Source: Cytophagaceae bacterium (GTDB taxonomy: Bacteria > Bacteroidota > Bacteroidia > Cytophagales > Flexibacteraceae). From it: a stretch of DNA of 64,000 nucleotides. The notes below the pieces were generated by a model that had not been told where the DNA came from, made no database searches, and saw nothing but the letters and a program-made list of their open reading frames with translations. The stretch spans positions 15,372 through 79,371 of the forward strand of contig JAIYDB010000019.1 of NCBI GenBank assembly GCA_027487695.1, read 5' to 3'. The translations under genes were made by a program, and so were the position numbers. Shown here piece by piece: positions 18,451-27,203 of the stretch. Every line of letters begins with the position of its first letter. The first letter of the stretch is position 1.

Positions 18451-18647
18451 TATATAAATCTATGGTGATCTTATTTTTATTACCTGCAGTGGTGCTATTT
18501 ATAGTGGCATTTCAAATTGGTAAAAGTCCACGTCCAAAGGTCAGACGTATTGCCCGGATTCTGAAAATTGTTGCAATAGTATTGGGCGTAGCTGCCATTC
18601 TATTTGTTGGAATTTTTGCGGTATTGATTTTGCTATACTTTTAAGAG
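18451..18647 (+). repeat. Tandem duplicate of the SPFH gene 5' end (leader plus TM-helix coding part)
   Basis: TATATAAATC occurs before both ATGs (18451 and 18648). The encoded N-termini are about 49% identical over 45 aa. Confidence 0.7.
18462..18644 (+). CDS. 60-aa membrane peptide, paralogous to the SPFH N-terminal anchor
   Basis: MVILFLLPAVVLFIVAFQIGKSPRP compared with MIIIFLILAVVLFLAAIQLSKSPTP. Expression is unknown. Confidence 0.4.
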   Translation: MVILFLLPAVVLFIVAFQIGKSPRPKVRRIARILKIVAIVLGVAAILFVGIFAVLILLYF

Positions 18648-18667
18648 TATATAAATCATAACATATA

Positions 18668-19582
18668 ATGATCATCATCTTTCTAATACTTGCAGTAGTA
18701 CTATTTCTAGCAGCCATTCAACTATCTAAAAGCCCAACCCCTAATGCAGCCAGAAATGCTGGTTTCTTAAAGATTGGGGCGGCATTTATTGCTGTTATAG
18801 CGGTAGCTAGTTCTACTCTTATCCAAATTAACGCTGGTCAGGTTGGAGTTAAAAGTATGTTCGGTAAAATTGACGACGAAGTGCTACAACCAGGCTTAAA
18901 CATTGTAAATCCACTTTATCAAGTTACTGAATTTGATACTCGTACTCAAAACTACACCATGAGTATAGTTCACGATGAAGGTGAAAAACAAGGCGACGAT
19001 GCCATTAGAGTGCTTAGTAAAGATGGCTTGGAAGTAATATTAGATATTACCATTCTTTATAGAGTATTACCTGAAAAAGCCCCAACAATTTTAAAAACCA
19101 TTGGTATAGATTATACCGATAAAATTGTGCGTCCGCTTAGTAGAACTCGGACAAGAGATGTAGCTGTGTATTACGATGCAGTAGCCTTGTTTAGTTCATC
19201 ACGCGATGAATTTCAAGCAAAAATTACCAAGGATATTGAGCGCGACTTAAAAGCAAGGGGCATTATCTTGGAAGACCTTTTAGTCAGAAACATCCAACTA
19301 CCTGCAAAAGTAAAGGAAAGTATTGAAGCTAAAATTACAGCCGAACAAGAATCGCAAAAGATGACCTTCGTACTTTCCAAAGAACGCCAAGAAGCGGATA
19401 GAAAAAGAGTAGAGGCGCAAGGTATATCAGACTATCAGCGTATTATTAGTCAAGGACTTACAAAAGAACTTTTGCAATACGAAAGCATTAAAGCCCAAAA
19501 AGATATAGCCCTTTCCCCTAATGCTAAAGTAATAGTAATGGACGGCAAAAGCAGTGCTAATCTAATGATTAACGATAAATAG
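18668..19582 (+). CDS. SPFH/band 7 (prohibitin-like) membrane protein
   Basis: 304 aa. N-terminal TM helix, band-7 core and a coiled-coil segment AEQESQKMTFVLSKERQEADRKRVEAQG. Confidence 0.85.
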   Translation: MIIIFLILAVVLFLAAIQLSKSPTPNAARNAGFLKIGAAFIAVIAVASSTLIQINAGQVGVKSMFGKIDDEVLQPGLNIVNPLYQVTEFDTRTQNYTMSIVHDEGEKQGDDAIRVLSKDGLEVILDITILYRVLPEKAPTILKTIGIDYTDKIVRPLSRTRTRDVAVYYDAVALFSSSRDEFQAKITKDIERDLKARGIILEDLLVRNIQLPAKVKESIEAKITAEQESQKMTFVLSKERQEADRKRVEAQGISDYQRIISQGLTKELLQYESIKAQKDIALSPNAKVIVMDGKSSANLMINDK

Positions 19583-19630
19583 TTAGGGTAAAACTTGCAA
19601 TTAGGTTGCAGCAGCCAAACTTTTAGTACT

Positions 19631-19638
19631 TACCTTTG
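19631..19638 (+). promoter_or_regulatory. -7 promoter box TAccTTTG for the ferredoxin gene
   Basis: TAnnTTTG match 32 nt upstream of the ATG, with a TTG about 22 nt further upstream. Confidence 0.4.
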
Positions 19639-19670
19639 TTCTTAAATAAAACTATACAAAAGAATTAGGT

Positions 19671-20021
19671 ATGGCCATTAAAATTACGGACGAGTGCATT
19701 AACTGTGGTGCTTGCGAACCGGAATGCCCAAATACAGCAATTTATGAAGGTGGTGTAGAATGGACTTATGCTGGAGGAACTAAACTGAAAGAAGTTGAAG
19801 TTGAAGAAGGTACGTTCATTGATGCAAAAACCAAGATTGAACCTGTTAGCAACGAATATTATTACATTGTAACTAATAAATGTACTGAGTGTACAGGTTT
19901 TCACGAAGAGCCTCAATGCGCTGCGGTTTGCCCAGTGGATTGCTGCGTTCCAGATCCTGAAAACGAAGAAGAAAAAGAAGAGCTACTTGCCAAAAAAGCT
20001 TGGTTACACCAAGAAGACTAA
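19671..20021 (+). CDS. 4Fe-4S dicluster ferredoxin
   Basis: Cys motifs [12 protein letters not shown] and CTECTG..CAAVCP. Confidence 0.9.
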   Translation: MAIKITDECINCGACEPECPNTAIYEGGVEWTYAGGTKLKEVEVEEGTFIDAKTKIEPVSNEYYYIVTNKCTECTGFHEEPQCAAVCPVDCCVPDPENEEEKEELLAKKAWLHQED

Positions 20022-20025
20022 TAAC

Positions 20026-20054
20026 AAAACCCATTGCCTTGGCAATGGGTTTTT
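20026..20054. terminator. Bidirectional terminator between the ferredoxin and binding-protein genes
   Basis: Long stem AAAACCCATTG/CAATGGGTTTT with T-runs on both strands. Confidence 0.7.
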
Positions 20055-20063
20055 GCTTTTGGA

Positions 20064-20858
20064 TTAGATTGAATTTCTTAGCTCTTTAAAATAAGGAAAG
20101 GCTAGTACCAACCTACTTCCATACCAACTAAACATTTCGCCATCAACAATCATCACTTTTGTATTTGGCAATTGCTCTTGAAAGAAATTCACGTGCTTTT
20201 CTTTGAAGGGAAACGGTTCGGAACTTAAGAATAGATAGTCTAAATCTGCTTCCTTTAAAACTTCAATGTTAATTTCCGGGTATCTATTTAAGTTAGCTAG
20301 TCCATTTTCAAATCCTGCTGCACTAAGCATACTATCTATAAATGTACCAGTGGCAGCTGCCATTATAGGATCGTTCCAAATTAAGTAGGCAGCCTTTTTA
20401 GTAGGATATTGCACTAATTGGCTTTGCTCTTTTTTGATTTGAGTAACTAATTCCAACCCTTTTTCTTCCTTGCCTACCAGCCAAGCGATATCAGAAATGG
20501 CAGATAAAGAAGTAGGAATATCCACAATATCCGTACACCATAGGTTATAGGTAGCTCCTAAAGTTTCAATCATTTCTTGGGTATTTTCCTCTTTATTACC
20601 AATGATTAAATCAGGATTAAGTCGGTCAATACGCTCATAATGAATGGTTTTAGTCCCTCCAATTAAACTGGCATTTTTCATTGCCTCTTTTGGATGCACA
20701 CAGAATTTTGTTACTCCCACCACCTGCTCGCCTACCCCAAGGTAAAACAGTAACTCAGTTTGGCTAGGTACCAAGCTAATAATGCGCTTAAAGCCATTTT
20801 TTGGGATGCCTTTAAACCAAGGTTGAATGTTTCTGTTAAATCCTACTTCCAATTTCAA
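20064..20858 (-). CDS. Periplasmic-binding-protein fold (BtuF/TroA-like, Peripla_BP_2) protein without an evident signal peptide
   Basis: Motifs KRIISLVPSQTELL and GVTKFCVHP. No ATG is available; TTG 20858 is preferred and the ORF is open up to TTG 20930. Confidence 0.6.
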   Translation of the reverse strand: MKLEVGFNRNIQPWFKGIPKNGFKRIISLVPSQTELLFYLGVGEQVVGVTKFCVHPKEAMKNASLIGGTKTIHYERIDRLNPDLIIGNKEENTQEMIETLGATYNLWCTDIVDIPTSLSAISDIAWLVGKEEKGLELVTQIKKEQSQLVQYPTKKAAYLIWNDPIMAAATGTFIDSMLSAAGFENGLANLNRYPEINIEVLKEADLDYLFLSSEPFPFKEKHVNFFQEQLPNTKVMIVDGEMFSWYGSRLVLAFPYFKELRNSI

Positions 20859-20897
20859 TTCAGGTTGGTATCTTGCAAAGTTAACCGATGTAACCCT

Positions 20898-22601
20898 GTG
20901 GATAATTACGAAATAGCAACTTTGCTCCAACTTACTGCAAACCTTATTACCCTACACGGGGGCGATGAGTTCAGAGCAAAGGCATTTGGCAATGCTGCCA
21001 ACACTATTGAAAAGCTTGAAACTGATATTAATAATATTGCTCTGAAAGATTTAGAGCAACAAGTTTCGGCAAAGATGGCTGCCAAAATAATGGGACTTGT
21101 TCAAAATGGTGAGCTTGCTGAATTAGAAGAGTTAAAGGCACAAACTCCAGAAGGTGTTTTTGGCTTATTGAAAGTAAAGGGTTTAGGACCAAAGAAAGTA
21201 GCCAAACTTTGGAAGGAATTGGATATTGATTCGGTTGATAAGTTAAAAAACTTCGCGCAAAGCGGTGAATTGGTTAAAGTAAAAGGCTGGGGCGAAAACT
21301 CAGTAAATGAGTTACTTGCCTCTTTTGAAAAGGCTGATACCTATAAGGGTAAACTTCGTACCGATGAGGCACAAGAGTTTAGTGCCGTAATTTTAGCAGC
21401 AATTGAACAATTAGATTTTGTAAAAAAGGCAGCTATAGTTGGCGATGTAGCCTTACAAAGAGAAGTGGCTCATTCGCTTGCTTTCTTGATTGCAACTGAT
21501 GAGTTTTTAAACCTAGAATCAAAGTTCTCCGCATATGATTGGTTAGGAATTGACTTTAAAACATCTAATCCTTTCACATTAAAGGGTATTCATACACCTA
21601 GTCTTGCTCAAATAGAAATTCACCAATGTTTAGTTCCTGAATTTGTAGGTAAGCAATTTGCTTTATGTGCTAGTGAAAGGCATTTAGCGCAAGTTGGAAC
21701 CAATGGAATTAAACTTAAAGTAGCTTTAAGCAAACAAGATTATATCACTGATAGTCAGATTTATAGTACTGCAGGTTTGCCTTGCATTATTCCTGAAATG
21801 CGTGAAGGTATTTCTGAATTTGAATGGGCAGCAAAAAACAAGATAGACGACTTAATTACTTACCAAGACCTTAAAGGTCCTCTCCATAATCACAGTAAGT
21901 ACAGTGATGGTAGCCATAGTTTACCAGAAATTGTTGCCTTTTGTAAGCAACAAGGTTGGGAGTATTTGGGCATTGCCGATCACTCTCAAAGCGGTCATTT
22001 CTACAACAATGGCATGAAGGTACCATCGGTGTATAAGCAATGGGAAGAGATTGAAGCTATCAATAAAAATGAAAGTGACTTTACCATAATCAAAGGTATT
22101 GAAAGCGATATTTTGACTGATGGTAGCTTAGATTACGCTCCTGAAGTTTTGAATGGATTTGAATATGTAGTAGCCAGTATTCATAACGGTATGAAGATGG
22201 ATATTGTAAAGGCTACGGAACGTTTGCTGATTGTAATCAACAACCCTTATACTTCAATTGTAGGTCACCTTACAGGAAGGTTGTTATTAAAACGAGAAGG
22301 CTATCCTGTTGATCATAAAACCATTATTGACGAATGCGCACGCTTAGGGGTTGCCATTGAAATTAACTCACATCCTTGGCGATTAGACATGGATTGGCGT
22401 TGGTTAGGCTATGCTGCCGAACAAGGGGTTATGATTTCCATAAATCCTGATGCCCACGAAATGTCTGAGTTTTTATTGATGAAATATGGTGTACAACTTG
22501 CTAGAAAAGCAGGCTTGTTAAAGCACCAAATTCTTAATACCAAATCAACAACAGAACTAAAAGCTTTCTTTGCCGAACAAAAGGCTAAACGATTGGCTTA
22601 A
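20898..22601 (+). CDS. polX: PolX family protein: HhH plus degenerate pol-beta palm plus PHP phosphoesterase domain
   Basis: N-terminus NYEIATLLQLTANLITLHGGDEFRAKAFGNAA. HhH motifs GLGPKKVAKL and GWGENSVNEL. PHP motifs HNHSKYSDG, ADHS, ASIH, GHLTGR and INSHP. GTG start inferred. Confidence 0.8.
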   Translation: MDNYEIATLLQLTANLITLHGGDEFRAKAFGNAANTIEKLETDINNIALKDLEQQVSAKMAAKIMGLVQNGELAELEELKAQTPEGVFGLLKVKGLGPKKVAKLWKELDIDSVDKLKNFAQSGELVKVKGWGENSVNELLASFEKADTYKGKLRTDEAQEFSAVILAAIEQLDFVKKAAIVGDVALQREVAHSLAFLIATDEFLNLESKFSAYDWLGIDFKTSNPFTLKGIHTPSLAQIEIHQCLVPEFVGKQFALCASERHLAQVGTNGIKLKVALSKQDYITDSQIYSTAGLPCIIPEMREGISEFEWAAKNKIDDLITYQDLKGPLHNHSKYSDGSHSLPEIVAFCKQQGWEYLGIADHSQSGHFYNNGMKVPSVYKQWEEIEAINKNESDFTIIKGIESDILTDGSLDYAPEVLNGFEYVVASIHNGMKMDIVKATERLLIVINNPYTSIVGHLTGRLLLKREGYPVDHKTIIDECARLGVAIEINSHPWRLDMDWRWLGYAAEQGVMISINPDAHEMSEFLLMKYGVQLARKAGLLKHQILNTKSTTELKAFFAEQKAKRLA

Positions 22602-22622
22602 TAAAAATACACACCCTCTAAA

Positions 22623-23507
22623 ATGGAATACACTTTTCAATCAATAACTCCTTCAGAAGTTTCCGTAGGTAAGTTTCACCAATTGCTTTTAGGTACGGTA
22701 ACCCCAAGACCTATTGGGTTCATTAGTTCTATTGATGCCGAAGGAAACCATAATTTGGCCCCTTTTAGCTTCTTTAACGTTTTTGGAGCTAATCCTCCTT
22801 TAATGATATTTTCACCAGCACGTAGGGTGAGAGATAATAGTATAAAGCACTCTTTAGAAAACGCCTATGCAACTAAAGAGGTAGTTATAAACCTGGTCGA
22901 TTTTCCAATGGTGCAGCAAATGAGCCTTTCTAGTTGTGAATATGAGGCTGGAGTAAGCGAGTTTGTAAAGTCTGGATTAACGCCAATAGCTTCGGAAATT
23001 ATTAAGCCGCCAAGAGTATTAGAAGCACCTGCAAGTTTTGAATGTGAAGTAATCAATATCATAGAAACAGGGACAGAAGGTGGTGCTGGTAACTTAGTTA
23101 TATGCAAAGTAGTGAAAGCACATATAGCTAGTCGATGGTTAAATGATGCTGGCGAAATTGATCACCTCAAGTCTGATATGGTAGCTAGGTTAGGAGGCGA
23201 TTGGTACGCTCGTATTACAAAAGACAATATGTTTTTGGTGCCAAAACCTAACCTAAAGAAAGGGATTGGCTTTGAAAACTTGCCCGAATGGCTTTTTAAA
23301 CTACCTGAGTTGGGTAAAAACGAATTAGCCCGTGTAGCTAACCTTGAAATTTTACCAAAAGGAAAGTTACCTTTTGACCTCCAAGAGGATATAATAGTAA
23401 ACCGAGCAACTGTTTTTGATTTGATAAAAAAGAGGTTTGAAGATTTAGATGACCAAAGCGCGGCAGAACTTCTGTTTTGGGCTTACAATAATAATTTTCT
23501 TACCTAG
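22623..23507 (+). CDS. Flavin reductase family protein
   Basis: 294 aa. Split-barrel FMN-binding motifs PRPIGFISS and NLAPFSFFN. Confidence 0.75.
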   Translation: MEYTFQSITPSEVSVGKFHQLLLGTVTPRPIGFISSIDAEGNHNLAPFSFFNVFGANPPLMIFSPARRVRDNSIKHSLENAYATKEVVINLVDFPMVQQMSLSSCEYEAGVSEFVKSGLTPIASEIIKPPRVLEAPASFECEVINIIETGTEGGAGNLVICKVVKAHIASRWLNDAGEIDHLKSDMVARLGGDWYARITKDNMFLVPKPNLKKGIGFENLPEWLFKLPELGKNELARVANLEILPKGKLPFDLQEDIIVNRATVFDLIKKRFEDLDDQSAAELLFWAYNNNFLT

Positions 23508-23592
23508 TTCAACAATTATCATAGAAAAAGCAATTACTTTTGGCACCCAATCAATACCATTGCTAATATTTCTTACTAGCATTATTTGCTAA

Positions 23593-24015
23593 ATGCACCC
23601 TGAAAACTTACCACTACTACTCATACTTCCTATTTTAATCTGGATATTTGGCTTGGTTCAAATATTTAGAAATATAGGTCCAAAGGTTTCAAAGAAGCTA
23701 ACGCAGTCTTTTATTTATCCCTTTGTGGCGGTATTAATTTCTATACTTATTATGCTTATGATAAGCAATGGAACAACAGTTGTTAATACTGAATTGTCCA
23801 TTCTATTCTTTATTTCTTTGTTTTTGGAGGGTATTGCAAGTTTTACTTGCTTAGTTTATTCAAACTTTAAGAACTTTCTGCCAACACTGTTTTACAGAAT
23901 GACGCTAATATTTAGCTTGTCATGTATTTTATTGGCAGTGACAATAAGCTTTTCAAGCAATAGACTTAATTACGACAACCAACCTACAGAATCTACCTTC
24001 GAAAAAGTAGATTAG
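23593..24015 (+). CDS. Hypothetical membrane protein (4 predicted TM helices)
   Basis: Hydrophobic segments only. A TActTTTG box lies at 23535-23542. Confidence 0.45.
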   Translation: MHPENLPLLLILPILIWIFGLVQIFRNIGPKVSKKLTQSFIYPFVAVLISILIMLMISNGTTVVNTELSILFFISLFLEGIASFTCLVYSNFKNFLPTLFYRMTLIFSLSCILLAVTISFSSNRLNYDNQPTESTFEKVD

Positions 24016-24025
24016 TGTTATTTGG

Positions 24026-24349
24026 TTAAAGTTTAGGGTTTTCTAAATGCCTAGTGCTATCGCGTTGGGTTTTCTTTTGTAGGTTTTTTTCAAAGGCTTC
24101 GGTTAAGTTGATATTTGTTTGGTTAGCTAAGCATATCAGAACCCAAAGTACATCGGCCATTTCATCGGCTAAGTTTTTTTCAAGGTCAGATTTTTTAAAA
24201 CTTTGGTCGCCATAAGTTCTGGCCATTATTCGGGCTAATTCTCCTACCTCTTCCGTTAAAATGGCCATATTTGTTAGCTCACTGAAATAGCGAACGCCAT
24301 AAGTTTTTATCCAGTTATCGACCTGATTTTGCGCTTCTTCTATTTTCAT
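24026..24349 (-). CDS. MazG-like nucleotide pyrophosphohydrolase (small type)
   Basis: 107 aa. Motifs EEVGELAR and ADEMADVLW. Confidence 0.8.
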   Translation of the reverse strand: MKIEEAQNQVDNWIKTYGVRYFSELTNMAILTEEVGELARIMARTYGDQSFKKSDLEKNLADEMADVLWVLICLANQTNINLTEAFEKNLQKKTQRDSTRHLENPKL

Positions 24350-24410
24350 TTGTAGTTTGTATTGATTTAGTAATTATGTTTGGGAACCTAAAGATACAAT
24401 CATCCCTCAA

Positions 24411-25745
24411 ATGGAAACCATCGTTTTTAAAAACGCGCTAATAGTAAATGAAGGAACTAGCACCTATGCCGATTTGCTAGTGAAAAATGGAAGAATAGAA
24501 AAAATTGCTCCTTCCATAACTGTAAAGGAAAAAGCCAATGAAATTGTTGCAGAAGGCAAATACCTTTTACCTGGTGTAATAGATGATCAGGTTCACTTTC
24601 GTGAGCCTGGTCTTACTCACAAAGCAAACATAGCTACTGAAAGTAGAGCTGCAGTTGCAGGTGGTGTTACATCGTTTATGGAAATGCCTAACGTTAAGCC
24701 TGCCACATTAACTCAAACCCTACTTCAAGAAAAGTACGAGATTGCAGCCAAAACATCGCCTGCTAATTACTCATTTTATATGGGAGTAAGCAACGATAAT
24801 ATTGATGAAGTATTACGCACCAATTGCAGAGATGTTTGCGGCATCAAGGTATTTATGGGAAGTAGTACAGGCGGTATGCTAGTTGATCAGCCAAATATTT
24901 TGGATGCCTTGTTTGCCAATGCCCCTTGCCTAATAGCAACACATTGTGAAGATGAGCCTACCGTTACAGCAAATACAAAAAAAGCAATTGCCGAGTTTGG
25001 TGAAGATGTGCCGCCGTATATGCACCCAATTATCAGGAATACTGAGGCCTGTTATAAAAGCAGTTCAATGGCTGTAGATTTGGCAAAAAAACACGGTACC
25101 CGTTTACATATTCTGCATATTACTACTGCAGAAGAAGTTGCTTTATTTAGCACTGAACCTCTTGAAAGCAAGCGCATTACTGCTGAAGCTTGCGTGCATC
25201 ACCTTACTTATACTGATGCAGATTATGCAACATTAGGTAACCTAATTAAATGTAATCCCGCAGTTAAAACTTTAGCCGATAGAGAAGGTGTTTGGGCTGG
25301 TTTATTAAACGGAAACATTGATGTTATTGCTACTGACCATGCTCCACATACTTGGGAAGAAAAGCAAAATAAGTATGCCAATTCGCCAAGTGGTTTGCCG
25401 CTTGTTCAGCATACTTTGCTTATGATGCTGGAGGCTGTTAAAGAAGGAAGATTTAGCCTTGAAAAAATGGTACAGCTAATGAGCCATAACGTAGCAACCT
25501 GTTATAAGATGGAAGAGCGCGGCTTTTTAAGAGAAGGCTATTGGGCCGATTTAGTTCTTGTAAACCCTTCTGAAGACTATACAGTTACTAAAGATAACCT
25601 ACTTTATAAATGCGGTTGGAGCCCTTTAGAAAATAAAAAATTCCACCACACAATCGAAGCAACCATTGTTTCAGGCGCACTTGTATGGTGGAAAAACCAA
25701 CTAATGGATAAACTAGCAGGCCAACGGTTATTATTTAACCGTTAG
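24411..25745 (+). CDS. pyrC: Dihydroorotase (amidohydrolase superfamily)
   Basis: 444 aa. Motifs IDDQVHFREPG and ATDHAPH. Confidence 0.85.
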   Translation: METIVFKNALIVNEGTSTYADLLVKNGRIEKIAPSITVKEKANEIVAEGKYLLPGVIDDQVHFREPGLTHKANIATESRAAVAGGVTSFMEMPNVKPATLTQTLLQEKYEIAAKTSPANYSFYMGVSNDNIDEVLRTNCRDVCGIKVFMGSSTGGMLVDQPNILDALFANAPCLIATHCEDEPTVTANTKKAIAEFGEDVPPYMHPIIRNTEACYKSSSMAVDLAKKHGTRLHILHITTAEEVALFSTEPLESKRITAEACVHHLTYTDADYATLGNLIKCNPAVKTLADREGVWAGLLNGNIDVIATDHAPHTWEEKQNKYANSPSGLPLVQHTLLMMLEAVKEGRFSLEKMVQLMSHNVATCYKMEERGFLREGYWADLVLVNPSEDYTVTKDNLLYKCGWSPLENKKFHHTIEATIVSGALVWWKNQLMDKLAGQRLLFNR

Positions 25746-25755
25746 CCTAACGGTT
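25737..25755. terminator. Hairpin between the convergent pyrC and csp genes
   Basis: AACCGTTA-GCC-TAACGGTT. No strong T-run. Confidence 0.35.
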
Positions 25756-25760
25756 ATTGA

Positions 25761-25955
25761 TTAGGAGATAACGGTTACGTTAACCGCTTGCTGACCTTTT
25801 TTACCTTCAACGATTTCGAAAGAAACGCGATCGTTTTGGTTTAAAGGAGCACTTAGGTTAGAAACGTGAACAAAAACATCTCTGTTATTGTCGTCTGCAA
25901 CGATAAAACCAAAACCTTTGGTTTCATTAAAGAATTTTACTATACCAGTTTTCAT
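25761..25955 (-). CDS. Cold-shock protein (CspA family)
   Basis: RNP1 KGFGFI and RNP2 VFVHV. 64 aa. Confidence 0.95.
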   Translation of the reverse strand: MKTGIVKFFNETKGFGFIVADDNNRDVFVHVSNLSAPLNQNDRVSFEIVEGKKGQQAVNVTVIS

Positions 25956-26113
25956 TGTATTGATTAAAAGAACCTTGGCTTGTAATTTTTACTCTAATTA
26001 ATACTCAGCCAAAGGAAGAGATACTAGATTAAAAAATCACTTTACCGATGGGAAGGTAGGGAAAGTATTTTTCTTTCCAAACTTTTCTTAAAAAATTTAT
26101 AGTATTGCAGGTA

Positions 26114-27202
26114 ATGAACCCTACCAACATTAACCAGCTTTCAGACCAATTATTGCGTTTAAGGGCTCAAAAACAAAGTTTTACACTTGTTAAGTTGCCA
26201 TTATCTGATGCTATACTTTTTTTTACCGAAAAGCAGTTAAGTTGGCAAAATGTTCAAAATAGTTTTGAAGATGGGTTTGTTATAGCTCCCTTTTTATTTG
26301 GTATTTCTAGTAATAACACACTGTTTTTTTCGGCAAAAAATAAGATTGAAATAGACTTTTCTGCATTCGCTTCAAATTTCGAAACAGTAAACCAGACTAG
26401 TGATTTTTATTCAGCTAACATTGGTACTGGTAAAGTGCAATATAAAGCACTAGTGGAAAGTGCGGTTAAGCATATAAAGTTGGGTAAAGCCTTAAAGGTG
26501 GTTACCTCCAGAATTAAACAAATCAATAAGCCAAGTACCTTCAATCCTTTAGAAAGCTATTTAGCCTTGTGTGGAAAGTTTCCTAAAACAATGGTAGCTT
26601 GGGTATATGCTCCAGATCAAAATTTGGAATGGATGGGAGCAAGCCCTGAATCATTATTATCAATAAAAAATAGTGTCGCTACCTCAATGTCTTTGGCAGG
26701 AACTAGATCAGTTCAATCTTCATTAAGTTGGGGCGAAAAAGAGTTGACAGAACAGGCTATTGTTACAGATTACCTAAAGTTTATCTACCAAAAGTATTGT
26801 TCAGAAGTTACTGCATCCCAAACAGAAACTTTGACAGCTGGCATTATTGAACACCTACTTACTCGTGTTTCTGGCAAAATAAATTCACCAAGTCAAGTGC
26901 TGCCTCTATTGTTGGATTTGCATCCAACGCCTGCGGTGGGGGCAATGCCAAAAACTGAGGTTGACTTTATTAAAGAACAAGAAGCCCACGACCGTAAACT
27001 ATACGCTGGCTTTTGGGGAATGGTAGGTCCTGATAGCTGCAACTTATTTGTAAACCTAAGGTGTTTTGAAATCACTGAAAGTGAACTTATTTTTTATGCA
27101 GGTGGTGGCATAACAGGATCATCAGACCCTGAAGCCGAATGGGTGGAAACTGAACGTAAAATAGCTAATACACAAGCAGTTGTTCTACCAAATTTGAATT
27201 AG
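26114..27202 (+). CDS. menF: Isochorismate synthase
   Basis: Chorismate-binding C-terminal motifs LHPTPAVGAMPK, YAGFWG and YAGGGI. Confidence 0.85.
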   Translation: MNPTNINQLSDQLLRLRAQKQSFTLVKLPLSDAILFFTEKQLSWQNVQNSFEDGFVIAPFLFGISSNNTLFFSAKNKIEIDFSAFASNFETVNQTSDFYSANIGTGKVQYKALVESAVKHIKLGKALKVVTSRIKQINKPSTFNPLESYLALCGKFPKTMVAWVYAPDQNLEWMGASPESLLSIKNSVATSMSLAGTRSVQSSLSWGEKELTEQAIVTDYLKFIYQKYCSEVTASQTETLTAGIIEHLLTRVSGKINSPSQVLPLLLDLHPTPAVGAMPKTEVDFIKEQEAHDRKLYAGFWGMVGPDSCNLFVNLRCFEITESELIFYAGGGITGSSDPEAEWVETERKIANTQAVVLPNLN

Positions 27203-27203
27203 G

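Noticed and set aside
20859-20930. Cobalamin or other riboswitch upstream of the BtuF-like gene or the ABC ATPase
   Set aside because: There is essentially no untranslated space, because polX coding DNA or an 18-nt gap follows immediately. No B12-box-like sequence was noticed.
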